Under the pieces are notes generated by a model, which had not been told where the DNA came from, searched no databases, and saw only the letters and a program-made list of their open reading frames with translations. Shown here one piece after another: positions 28,758-37,239 of a stretch of 64,000 bases of DNA; the stretch's first letter is position 1, and each line of letters begins with the position of its first letter. The stretch is taken from assembly GCA_020854035.1 (NCBI GenBank), contig JADZGE010000069.1:363-64362 (forward strand), in the 5' to 3' direction. This DNA comes from Burkholderiales bacterium (GTDB lineage Bacteria; Pseudomonadota; Gammaproteobacteria; Burkholderiales; SG8-41). A program made the translations under genes and the position numbers.

Positions 28758-29735
28758 TCAGCAGTACTGTCGCACCAGCGCCTTCAGCGTCATGTTCTCC
28801 GCAATCGCGGTATGCGGGATCAGAGCATACCGCCAAGGCTTTCCGCCATTTCCCTGAGCGTGGTCTGATGCATTGCGGCACCATTTGACCGCCGATTCCT
28901 TCTTCGCAAGCACCACCGGGTCGGTCATCTCGTTGCTTGCCTTGGGTTCGAGCATGTAGATCTCGCCGTCAACCTCTGCCACGAAGTCTGGTTGGTACTC
29001 GAGATGTTCCGAGCCCTGGCGGTAGAAGATCTGGAACTGCCCCTTCGCGGGTTTGAACCAGCGCAACGCATCCCGCTCCAGGATCACCGCCAGTTTGCGC
29101 TCGGCGTCGGAATCGAATTTCTGCACCGGATAGAGGCAGCGTGCGAATCCGCCAAACAGGTACTTCGACATGTTGCTCTTGTCGGATGGAGACACGCGGT
29201 AGTCGGCCGGTGGCTCCTGCGCCGTGCAGGTATACGCGCTCGGCTTCAACTCCGAGTAACCCTTGCTAACCTTGACCTCGTAACCAGGGGCGTCCTCCCA
29301 ATAGTGCTCCTGCATCTGCGCGTGGATGAAGCGCGCGATGTCGCGCTGGTAGCAGCGGTTCTCTTCGATGTGGTCAAACACCCACAACACTCCGTGACAG
29401 CGCACTTCCCCGGCCTCAGCGAGACGGCGCATCGCAGCCTCGCCGGCGAGGAGTACTGCGGCCTCGGCCTTGGCGAGCGAGAGTGCGTAACTGTCATGAA
29501 TGGAGATGCGGCGTTCGCGCGAGCGCAGGCGCTGGGCCTCGGCGACCTCCTCGCCGGAGAGGGATCGGACCTGAAGGCCGAGGGCCATGAGGCGTTCGCC
29601 GCCATAGTCCTTGAGTTCTGCTTCATACAGCGCGTCCGGCACGACAAAGCGGTAGGGCAATGAGAACACCTGCTCGATCAACTGCGCGCGTTCGAGGTCG
29701 ATGACGACGGACGTGTCCGAGACCAGGACGTCCAT
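28758..29735 (-). CDS. chimeric ORF: PIN domain nuclease (aa 1 to about 125) fused to the C-terminal PD-(D/E)xK region of a type III-like restriction Res subunit
   Basis: N-terminal PIN hallmarks are present: VLVSDTSVVIDL, IHDSYALSLAKAEAAVLLAGE and HGVLWVFD. From about aa 126 the sequence resembles Res C-termini (KFDSDAERKLAVILERD..LRWFKP...YQPDFVAEVDGEIYMLEPK...KWC). The start lies 12 nt after the XRE-ImmA stop. Confidence 0.65.
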   Translation of the reverse strand: MDVLVSDTSVVIDLERAQLIEQVFSLPYRFVVPDALYEAELKDYGGERLMALGLQVRSLSGEEVAEAQRLRSRERRISIHDSYALSLAKAEAAVLLAGEAAMRRLAEAGEVRCHGVLWVFDHIEENRCYQRDIARFIHAQMQEHYWEDAPGYEVKVSKGYSELKPSAYTCTAQEPPADYRVSPSDKSNMSKYLFGGFARCLYPVQKFDSDAERKLAVILERDALRWFKPAKGQFQIFYRQGSEHLEYQPDFVAEVDGEIYMLEPKASNEMTDPVVLAKKESAVKWCRNASDHAQGNGGKPWRYALIPHTAIAENMTLKALVRQYC

Positions 29736-29747
29736 CGCCCGGCGCCC

Positions 29748-30806
29748 TCAGGCCGGGTTTTCCAGCCGCCGCCCCAGCTCCCGGACCGTGATCCCCAGAA
29801 GCTCCGCGGCTTTCGCCTCCGAAATCGCGCCCTCGGACACCGCGCGGTAGCAGAGCCGCGTGAATCGTTCCGGTTTCTCCGGCGGGACCGCGCCAGGCTC
29901 GGCATAGGGCGGTTTCCGCCATCCCCGGCGCACGAACTCCTCGAACAGACGCTTGAAGACTGGCTCGCCGATGATCCCCAAGTCCTTCAAGCGATACGTG
30001 ATTGCCTGGATGCTGACCTTGAAAAGCGCTTTCAGCTCGACCAGCTCGCCAATGGAGAGTGCGTCGCGGTGCTTGCCGACCTCCCTCCAGAGAATCTCGG
30101 CGGGCATCAAGAAAGCGCTCGCGAAGCGGTGCGCGAGCTTCTCGCCGGCCGCACCGCCCGGTACCTGGAGCACATGGTGCGCCAGTTCATGCGCGAGCGT
30201 GAAGCGCTGGCGCTCGCCCGTGTCGTCCTGATTGACCATGACAATCGGCACGTCGGCGCCCTTGCTGCGGCGCGCGACGCACATGAGTCCCGACACGCGC
30301 TCGCCCAGCTTGAGCGGAATCACCTTGACGCCCTGTTCTTCCAGGAACTCGGCGAGGTTGGGGATCGGGTCATTGCCCAGGGTCCACGCCGAGCGCAGGC
30401 GCTCCGCCGCTGCTTCGGCCTCGCCCTGCTCGCTCACGCGGTACGGCACGCCCTGCGGTGGCGACCATGCGCCGCTCGGTGCCCCAATGAAGTCCTCGAT
30501 CTCCAGGTAGCGCTCCACCGCGCTCAGAACCGAGGCCTTGATGGAGGCCTCTTCCTTGCGGCTGGTGATCTTGTTCTTGCGGAATTCCATCGCCTCGAGC
30601 CTCAGGTCGTTCTCACCGAGGAGATAGCTCTCCGGCACATTCAGCGCCCTGGCGATGGCGGCAAGCACGTCCGAGCCGGGCATCATCTCGTCTCGCTCGT
30701 ATTTACTAAGTGCTTGTGCGGACACGCGTTTGTCAATGGCGGCTACCAGGTCGCGCAGGGACATCCCCGCTGCCTTGCGGGCTAGCGCTAGTCGTTTACC
30801 GATCAT
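29748..30806 (-). CDS. XRE-family HTH fused to an ImmA/IrrE (M78) metallopeptidase domain
   Basis: ATG at 30806 (MIGKRLALARKAAGMSLRDLV, HTH). Central zinc motif HELAHHVL (HExxH) followed by FASAFLMP, typical of ImmA/IrrE. Confidence 0.9.
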   Translation of the reverse strand: MIGKRLALARKAAGMSLRDLVAAIDKRVSAQALSKYERDEMMPGSDVLAAIARALNVPESYLLGENDLRLEAMEFRKNKITSRKEEASIKASVLSAVERYLEIEDFIGAPSGAWSPPQGVPYRVSEQGEAEAAAERLRSAWTLGNDPIPNLAEFLEEQGVKVIPLKLGERVSGLMCVARRSKGADVPIVMVNQDDTGERQRFTLAHELAHHVLQVPGGAAGEKLAHRFASAFLMPAEILWREVGKHRDALSIGELVELKALFKVSIQAITYRLKDLGIIGEPVFKRLFEEFVRRGWRKPPYAEPGAVPPEKPERFTRLCYRAVSEGAISEAKAAELLGITVRELGRRLENPA

Positions 30807-30838
30807 GGCAGGCCTCTCGGCAATGGTGGATGGGCAAG

Positions 30839-30867
30839 TTGACAAATGATGTATATTATATACTATC
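30839..30867. promoter_or_regulatory. divergent promoter/operator candidate
   Basis: TTGACA (30839-30844), a 16-nt spacer, then TACTAT (30861-30866) on the plus strand. TATAAT lies on the minus strand (30860-30855). The perfect palindrome GTATAT-T-ATATAC (30851-30863) overlaps both. Confidence 0.4.
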
Positions 30868-30944
30868 TGTAAACTATCGAGCCGCACCGTCAGGAACCCC
30901 TCCCGCCGGCGGACGGCGCCGGGCTATCAAATCGGAGCACAGCC

Positions 30945-31247
30945 ATGGCGCACAATCCCGGAAGGAAGAAAGATGGCGGTAGTTTTGACGAAGCGACGAT
31001 CGAAGCAGTCTGGCAGAAGGGAACGCCCGTTCCCGGTTACGCAGCCTTCCGCAGGGACGCCTGCGGCGCACTGATGCAGCGGAATCGCCACGGGTTGGCC
31101 ATGCAGTACGGTTGGGAGATCGATCACATTTATCCGATTTCCAAGGGCGGTTCCGACAATCTCAGCAACCTGCAGCCGCTACAGTGGGAGAACAACCGCA
31201 ACAAGGGCGATTCGACTTCCGGCAACTACTGCAAGGTTGCGGCCTGA
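30945..31247 (+). CDS. small HNH endonuclease
   Basis: 100 aa with the WEIDHIYPISKGGSDNLSNLQPLQWENNRNKGD beta-beta-alpha-Me motif. Confidence 0.85.
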   Translation: MAHNPGRKKDGGSFDEATIEAVWQKGTPVPGYAAFRRDACGALMQRNRHGLAMQYGWEIDHIYPISKGGSDNLSNLQPLQWENNRNKGDSTSGNYCKVAA

Positions 31248-31254
31248 GGCTCCC

Positions 31255-31446
31255 ATGAACGGATTCGACAACGAAACCCACCGTGCTGTATTCGAGAAGT
31301 CGAACGGGCTCTGCCACCTGTGCCGGGAGCCGATCGCATTCTCGAACTACGGAAACCACGGCGCACGCGGCGCCTGGGAAATCGATCATTCCAGGCCCAA
31401 GTCGCAAGGCGGTACCGATCACCTGAACAACCTCTACGCGGCCCAT
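31255..31446 (+). pseudogene. second HNH endonuclease gene, truncated at the 3' end
   Basis: ATG lies 8 nt after the HNH-1 stop. CHLC...WEIDHSRPKSQGGTDHLNNLYAAH is retained, but the expected CNxxK zinc-finger tail is replaced by read-through into the inverted helicase fragment. The ORF stop is at 31626. Confidence 0.6.
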
Positions 31447-31820
31447 ACCGCGATACGCTTCTCGAAATCGACGCCGGATTCGATCGCGCCCAGGACTTCG
31501 TCGCTCGCGCCGAACACCCCCTCGAAGAGTTGGAACTTCTGCGACAGGAGTTCGAACACACGCCGGTCCGCGTCGTTCTTGCGGTTGAGGAAGTTGACGA
31601 CCACAACGTCGTGCTCCTGCCCGTAGCGATGGTAGCGGCCGATGCGCTGCTCGATCCGCTGCGGATTCCAGGGCAGGTCGTAATTCACCACCAGCGAGCA
31701 GAACTGCGGATTGATGCCCTCGGCGCCTGCCCCGGTGGCGATCATGATGCGGCCCTGCTCGCGGAAATAGTCCACGAGCGCGGAGCGCATGTCGGCGGTG
31801 CGTGAACCGGTGACGCGATC
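31434..31820 (-). pseudogene. SNF2-family helicase fragment (C-terminal lobe only)
   Basis: Helicase motifs IV-VI only: IMIATGAGAEGINPQFCSLVVNYDLPWNPQRIEQRIGRYHRYGQ...VVVVNF. There is no ATPase N-lobe, and the upstream part of the 360-aa ORF is Arg/Gly-rich junk overlapping the herA-like gene. Confidence 0.7.
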
Positions 31821-31894
31821 CGTCGGCGTCCGTTGACCTTCAAAATCCAAAGCTGATCGCCCGGCCAGCCGCTGGAACGAGCCTGTCGCGAAAG

Positions 31895-33403
31895 CTACCG
31901 TTTTCGCCCCCCGAGCAGGCCGCCGAGTACGCCCCGGACGATCTCCCGGCCGACCTGCGACCCGATGGCCCGCGCCGCGCTCTTTGCCGCCGCCTCGAGC
32001 GCGCCCTCGCGCCGGCCGCCGCGCGGACCGGTCGAACCGCCGAGGAGACCCCCGAGCGCGTCGAGAAAGCCGCCGCCGCGCCCGGCCTGGGCGCTCCCGC
32101 CCGCGCCACCGGAGGCAGGCGACTCGACCCCCGCGCGCCGCTGGAGCATTTCGCAGGCGGATTCCCGGTCCACCGCCTTGTCGTAGACGCCCGCCACGAC
32201 GGAAGACGCCATCACTTTCCGTCGCTCCTCCGCGCTGACCGGCCCCACCCGCGTGCCCGGCGGCACGACGAGCGCGCGCTCGACGACGGTGGGGCGGCCC
32301 TTCTCGTCGAGCATCGAAACGAGCGCCTCGCCCACCGCGAGCTCGGTGATCGCCGCCTCCACGTCGAGCTTCGGGTTCGCGCGGAGCGTCGTCGCTGCCG
32401 CCTTGACGGCCTTCTGGTCGCGAGGGGTGAAAGCGCGCAGCGCGTGCTGCACGCGGTTGCCGAGCTGTCCCAGCACGGTGTCGGGCACGTCGAGCGGGTT
32501 CTGGGTGACGAACCACACCCCCACGCCCTTGGAGCGGATCAACCGCACCACCTGCTCGATTCTCTCCAGCAGCGCGGGCGGTGCGTCGGTGAAGAGTAGA
32601 TGCGCCTCGTCGAAGAAGAACACGAGCTTCGGCTTCTCCGGGTCGCCCACTTCCGGCAGCGCTTCGAAGAGCTCGGAGAGCATCCAGAGGAGCAGCGTCG
32701 AGTAGAGCTTAGGCGCGCTCATCAGCCGCTCGGCGGCGAGGATGTTGACGAGCCCGCGGCCGCGCGCGTCGGTCTGGATGAGGTCCGCGAGGTTCAGCGC
32801 CGGCTCGCCGAAGAACCGGTCGCCGCCCTGCTGCTCGATCGCGAGGAGCCCGCGCTGTATCGCGCCGATCGACGCGGCGGAAACGTTGCCGTACTGCGTC
32901 GTGAAGGCGCGCGCGTTCTCGCCGACGTGGGCGAGGAGTGCGCGAAGATCCTTGAGGTCGAGCAGCAGCAGCTTGTTGTCGTCGGCGATCTTGAAGGCGA
33001 GCGCGAGCACGCCGGACTGGGTCTCGTTCAGTCCCAGCATGCGGGCGAGAAGGAGCGGCCCCATCTCGGAAACGGTGGCGCGCACGGGGTGTCCCAGCTC
33101 GCCGAAGGGATCCCAGAAGGTGACCGGACAAGCCTCGAAGGCCATGTCACCGAGGCGGAGCCGCTCGATGCGCTCCTTGATCCTGCCTTTCGGCTCGCCC
33201 GGCTGCGAGAGTCCCGCGAGATCCCCCTTCACGTCGGCCAGGAACACCGGCACGCCGATGCGGGAGAGCCCTTCGGCGATGCGCTGGAGCGTCACGGTCT
33301 TGCCCGTGCCGGTTGCTCCGGCGATCAGGCCGTGGCGGTTGGCGAACTTCGGCAGCAGCGTCGCATCGGAGTCGCTTTTCGCGACGAGAATCGGCTCGGG
33401 CAT
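31895..33403 (-). CDS. HerA-like helicase domain protein (DUF853/YjgR family ATPase)
   Basis: Walker A GATGTGKT near the N-terminus, [10 protein letters not shown] Walker B region, 502 aa. Confidence 0.9.
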   Translation of the reverse strand: MPEPILVAKSDSDATLLPKFANRHGLIAGATGTGKTVTLQRIAEGLSRIGVPVFLADVKGDLAGLSQPGEPKGRIKERIERLRLGDMAFEACPVTFWDPFGELGHPVRATVSEMGPLLLARMLGLNETQSGVLALAFKIADDNKLLLLDLKDLRALLAHVGENARAFTTQYGNVSAASIGAIQRGLLAIEQQGGDRFFGEPALNLADLIQTDARGRGLVNILAAERLMSAPKLYSTLLLWMLSELFEALPEVGDPEKPKLVFFFDEAHLLFTDAPPALLERIEQVVRLIRSKGVGVWFVTQNPLDVPDTVLGQLGNRVQHALRAFTPRDQKAVKAAATTLRANPKLDVEAAITELAVGEALVSMLDEKGRPTVVERALVVPPGTRVGPVSAEERRKVMASSVVAGVYDKAVDRESACEMLQRRAGVESPASGGAGGSAQAGRGGGFLDALGGLLGGSTGPRGGRREGALEAAAKSAARAIGSQVGREIVRGVLGGLLGGRKR

Positions 33404-33547
33404 GGCGGGGCGCGTGTTAGAATCCGGGCCATTCTAGCCCGCATTCGACGCGGGCAGGGGCCGCGCGTAGCGCGGGCGGCGCGTGGCGCGAGCGGAGCTC
33501 CGCGGGGGGACACGTTCCCCCGCTCTTTCGGGTTTCAGGGGTCAGTC

Positions 33548-34282
33548 ATGGCCGGTCACAGCAAGTGGGCCAACGTCCAGCATCGCAAGAACCGCCAGGA
33601 CGCGAAGCGCGGCAAGATCTTCACCCGCCTCATCAAGGAAATCACCGTCGCGGCGCGCCTCGGCGGCGGCGATCCCGATTCCAATCCGCGGCTGCGTCTC
33701 GCGATGGACAAGGCCTATTCGAACAACATGTCCAAGGACAACGTCGAGCGCGCCATCAAGCGCGGCACCGGCGGGCTCGAGGGCGCCAACTACGAGCAGG
33801 TGCGCTACGAGGGCTACGGCATCGGGGGGGCCGCGGTGATGGTGGATTGCCTGACGGACAATCGCACCCGCACCGTCGCCGACGTGCGCCACGCGTTCAC
33901 CAGGTCCGGCGGCAATCTCGGCACCGACGGCTCGGTCGCGTTTCTCTTCAGGCACTGCGGTCAGCTCGTCTTCGCGCCGGGCACCGACGAGGCGAAGCTC
34001 ATGGACGCCGCGATCGACGCGGGCGCGGAGGACGTCGTCACGAACGACGACGGCAGCATCGAGGTCGTCACGGCGCCGAACGACTTCGTCGCGGTGCGCG
34101 CCGGCCTCGAGCGGGCGGGGTTCAGGGCGGAGCTCGCCGAAGTGACTTTCAAGCCCACCACCGAGAACGTCATGAAGGGTGACGAGGCCCAGCGCATGCA
34201 GAAGCTCCTCGACGCGCTCGAAGGCATCGACGACGTGCAGGAGGTGTACACCACGGCCGTCATCGACGGCGGCGGTGGGTGA
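33548..34282 (+). CDS. YebC/PmpR family DNA-binding regulator
   Basis: [28 protein letters not shown] at the N-terminus. Confidence 0.95.
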   Translation: MAGHSKWANVQHRKNRQDAKRGKIFTRLIKEITVAARLGGGDPDSNPRLRLAMDKAYSNNMSKDNVERAIKRGTGGLEGANYEQVRYEGYGIGGAAVMVDCLTDNRTRTVADVRHAFTRSGGNLGTDGSVAFLFRHCGQLVFAPGTDEAKLMDAAIDAGAEDVVTNDDGSIEVVTAPNDFVAVRAGLERAGFRAELAEVTFKPTTENVMKGDEAQRMQKLLDALEGIDDVQEVYTTAVIDGGGG

Positions 34283-34336
34283 GGTGGAACGCGGGAGGAG
34301 AGGGGAGCGAGGAGCGCCCGTCGGCCGCAAAGCGTC

Positions 34337-34912
34337 ATGACCTTCCTGCCCGGCAGCGCGCCATCGACCTCGTCAGGATCCTCTCGACGATGCGTTCGCA
34401 TCCTGGGTATCGACCCCGGTCTCGTCTGCACCGGTTTCGGCGTCATCGACCAGGCCGGCAACCGCATGTCCTACGTCGCGAGCGGACGCATTCGCACGCC
34501 GAAAGGCGACCTCGCGGAGCGGCTGAAGGCGATCCTCGAGGGCCTGCGCGAGGTGATTTCTTCCCATGCGCCAGCCGAGGTCGCGCTGGAGAAAGTCTTC
34601 GTCAACGCCAATCCGCACTCGACGCTGCTCCTCGGCCAGGCGCGCGGCACCGCGATCTGCGCGGCGGTCCTCCACGGGCTGCCGCTGGCGGAGTACACTG
34701 CGCTGCAGGTGAAGCAGGCGGTGGTCGGCAGCGGCCACGCGGAAAAGCGGCAGGTGCAGGAAATGGTGCGCCGCCTCCTTGCCCTGGCCGGCAATCCGGG
34801 CCCGGACGCGGCCGACGCGCTCGCCTGCGCGATCTGCCACGCGCACGGCGGCCACGGTCTGGGGCGGATCGCGACGGCGGGTTTCCGGGTGCGCCGCGGC
34901 CGGCTCGTGTAG
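34337..34912 (+). CDS. ruvC: crossover junction endodeoxyribonuclease RuvC
   Basis: [16 protein letters not shown] and the C-terminal [13 protein letters not shown]. The exact start is uncertain. Confidence 0.9.
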   Translation: MTFLPGSAPSTSSGSSRRCVRILGIDPGLVCTGFGVIDQAGNRMSYVASGRIRTPKGDLAERLKAILEGLREVISSHAPAEVALEKVFVNANPHSTLLLGQARGTAICAAVLHGLPLAEYTALQVKQAVVGSGHAEKRQVQEMVRRLLALAGNPGPDAADALACAICHAHGGHGLGRIATAGFRVRRGRLV

Positions 34913-34957
34913 AAGTACAAGAGATGCCGCGGGCAAGCGCGGATCGATCAACCGGTT

Positions 34958-34987
34958 TTCATCGGCGTTCATCGGCGGCTCATCAGG
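34958..34987. repeat. decamer array TTCATCGGCG x2 plus a degenerate third unit
   Basis: ttcatcggcg ttcatcggcg gctcatcagg, ending 7 nt before the ruvA ATG. Confidence 0.85.
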
Positions 34988-34994
34988 GATCCGG

Positions 34995-35573
34995 ATGATC
35001 GGGCGGATAGCCGGCAGGCTCCTCGAGAAGCATCCCCCGCAGATCGTGGTGGACGTGAACGGCGTCGGCTACGAGGTGGACGTGCCGATGAGCACGTTTT
35101 ACAACCTGCCGGCGACCGGCGCCGAGGTGGCGCTCTACACGCATCTCGCGGTGCGCGAGGACGCGCACCAGCTCTACGGCTTCGCGACCGAGAGCGAGCG
35201 CCACGCCTTCCGCCAGCTCCTGAAGATCTCCGGCGTCGGCGCGCGGACCGCGCTCGCGGTGCTGTCGGGACTGTCGGTCGCCGATCTCCGCGACGCGGTG
35301 GCGGGACAGGACGGCGGGCGGCTCACGCGCATACCGGGGATCGGCAGGAAGACCGCGGAGCGCCTGCTGCTGGAACTGCGCGACAAGCTCGACGCGAGCG
35401 CCGCCGCGCAGCCGGCCGTTCCGGGCGCGGCGAGGACGAGCGACGTCACGAATGCGCTGCTCGCGCTGGGATACAATGAAAAGGAAGCCGCGTGGGCGGT
35501 CAGGCAACTGCCCGCCGGCGCCGCGGTCGCCGACGGGATACGGCAGGCGCTGCGGCTTCTGTCGAAGCAGTGA
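34995..35573 (+). CDS. ruvA: Holliday junction branch migration protein RuvA
   Basis: [28 protein letters not shown], 192 aa. Confidence 0.95.
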   Translation: MIGRIAGRLLEKHPPQIVVDVNGVGYEVDVPMSTFYNLPATGAEVALYTHLAVREDAHQLYGFATESERHAFRQLLKISGVGARTALAVLSGLSVADLRDAVAGQDGGRLTRIPGIGRKTAERLLLELRDKLDASAAAQPAVPGAARTSDVTNALLALGYNEKEAAWAVRQLPAGAAVADGIRQALRLLSKQ

Positions 35574-35631
35574 CGAGCGATGAGCACAGGCGGGCAACGC
35601 GCGGAGCGCCGCCGCTTCTCCGGCCGCGTCG

Positions 35632-35659
35632 CCCATTACCATTGCCCATTGCGCATCCG
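35632..35659. repeat. heptamer array (CCATTGC-like) x4
   Basis: cccatta ccattgc ccattgc gcatccg, immediately upstream of the ruvB start. Confidence 0.75.
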
Positions 35660-35661
35660 GC

Positions 35662-36711
35662 ATGCTAGAAACTGACCGCCTCGTCGCCGGCGCCGCGGCC
35701 TCGCCGCAGGAAGAGGCGCTTGATCGCACGCTGCGCCCGCGCCTGCTCGAGGATTACGTGGGGCAGGAGAAGATCCGCGACCAGTTGTCCGTCTTCATCG
35801 AGGCGGCGCGCAGGCGGCGCGAGGCGCTCGACCATGTGCTCCTGTTCGGACCGCCGGGGCTCGGCAAGACCACCCTCGCGCACATCGTCGCGCACGAGAT
35901 GGGCGTGAACCTGCGGCACACCTCCGGCCCGGTGCTGGAGCGCCCCGGCGATCTCGCGGCGCTGCTCACCAATCTCGAGCCGAACGATGTCCTCTTCATC
36001 GACGAGATCCACCGGCTCTCGCCCGTGGTCGAGGAGATACTCTATCCCGCGCTGGAGGACTTCCAGATCGACATCATGATCGGCGAGGGCCCCGCGGCGC
36101 GCTCGGTCAAGCTCGACCTGCCGGCGTTCACGCTGGTGGGCGCGACCACGCGCGCGGGCATGCTCACCAATCCGTTGCGCGACCGCTTCGGCATCGTCGC
36201 GCGCCTGGAGTTCTACGACGCCGCGGAGCTTGCCCGCATCGTCGAGCGCTCGGCGCGGCTGCTCGCGATCGGAATCGTGCCCGAAGGGGCCGCCGAGATC
36301 GCCGCGCGCGCCCGCGGCACCCCGCGCATCGCCAACCGCCTCCTGCGGCGCGTGCGCGATTTCGCCGAAGTGCGGGCGCAGGGGACCGTCACGCGCGAGG
36401 TCGCCGACGCCGCGCTGAAACTCCTCGACGTGGACCCGCTGGGACTCGACGTGATGGACCGCAAGCTGCTGCTCGCGGTGATCGACAAGTTCGCCGGCGG
36501 CCCGGTGGGCGTCGACAACCTCGCCGCGGCGATCGGCGAGGAGCGCGATACCATCGAGGACGTACTCGAGCCCTACCTCATCCAGCAGGGCTACCTCCAG
36601 CGCACCCCGCGCGGGCGCGTGTGCACGGTCACGGCGTACCGGCATTTCGGCCTGGCGCAGCCCGCGCGCGCCGCCACGCCGGACCTGTGGTCGGAGCCGC
36701 CCGCCGGATGA
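35662..36711 (+). CDS. ruvB: Holliday junction branch migration DNA helicase RuvB
   Basis: Walker [12 protein letters not shown], Walker [10 protein letters not shown]. Confidence 0.95.
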   Translation: MLETDRLVAGAAASPQEEALDRTLRPRLLEDYVGQEKIRDQLSVFIEAARRRREALDHVLLFGPPGLGKTTLAHIVAHEMGVNLRHTSGPVLERPGDLAALLTNLEPNDVLFIDEIHRLSPVVEEILYPALEDFQIDIMIGEGPAARSVKLDLPAFTLVGATTRAGMLTNPLRDRFGIVARLEFYDAAELARIVERSARLLAIGIVPEGAAEIAARARGTPRIANRLLRRVRDFAEVRAQGTVTREVADAALKLLDVDPLGLDVMDRKLLLAVIDKFAGGPVGVDNLAAAIGEERDTIEDVLEPYLIQQGYLQRTPRGRVCTVTAYRHFGLAQPARAATPDLWSEPPAG

Positions 36712-36747
36712 TTGATGCGGAATGATGCATGTGGAATGATGCATCGA
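36706..36747. repeat. heptamer/14-mer array (GGAATGATGCAT)
   Basis: ggatgat tgatgcg gaatgat gcatgtg gaatgat gcatcga. Two 14-nt units, gcggaatgatgcat and gtggaatgatgcat, occupy 36717-36744. The array overlaps the ruvB TGA and the predicted ybgC ATG. Confidence 0.85.
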
Positions 36748-37214
36748 ACTCCGCGCGCGGGTTCCGGCCGCGGGGTGAAAGCCGTCCCGTCGGTCATGGC
36801 TCATCGTTCCGGCAGTTCACCTGGGCCGTCCGCGTCTACCACGAGGACTGCGACGGCGCGGGCGTCGTCTATCACGCCGGATACCTGAGGTTCCTCGAAC
36901 GGGCCCGCACCGAGTGGCTGCGCGCCCTCGGGTTTCCCCAGTCGGCGCTCGCCGCCCGGCACCGCATCGCCTTCGTCGTGCGCGCGCTCGCGATCGACTA
37001 CCTGCGGCCGGCGCGCTACGACGACACGCTGGTGGTCGGCGTCGCGCTGGAGGCGTTGAAGGGCGGGAGCATCCTGCTCGCGCAGGAGGTCGCGCGCGAC
37101 GGCGCGACGCTCGCGAGCGCGCGCGTTAAGATCGCGTGCGTCAACACGGGCTCCTTCCGCCCCGTTAGAATACCCGGCGTCGTATCGGCGGCGATCGACC
37201 GGTGCGGCGTCTGA
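36729..37214 (+). CDS. ybgC: tol-pal associated acyl-CoA thioesterase YbgC
   Basis: Hotdog 4HBT motif VRVYHEDCDGAGVVYHAGYLRFLERARTEWLR. The start is uncertain because the only upstream in-frame ATG lies inside the repeat array. Confidence 0.8.
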   Translation: MWNDASNSARGFRPRGESRPVGHGSSFRQFTWAVRVYHEDCDGAGVVYHAGYLRFLERARTEWLRALGFPQSALAARHRIAFVVRALAIDYLRPARYDDTLVVGVALEALKGGSILLAQEVARDGATLASARVKIACVNTGSFRPVRIPGVVSAAIDRCGV

Positions 37215-37239
37215 CGGAGATCGCGGACGAGGACCCGGT

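Larger units (their letters stand above)
28640..31850. other. lower-GC mosaic islet (nuclease/regulator genes and gene fragments)
   Basis: AT-rich stretches are absent from the flanks (for example gtatattatatactatctgtaaac). All the genes are accessory-type, and three of the five coding segments are truncated or chimeric. It lies between the eamA-like and herA-like core genes. Confidence 0.6.

Noticed and set aside
31237-31626. Treating the full 129-aa ORF as an intact second HNH protein.
   Set aside because: Beyond residue about 64 (counted from the ATG at 31255) the translation is the antisense of the SNF2 fragment and bears no HNH-family similarity, so I call it truncated.
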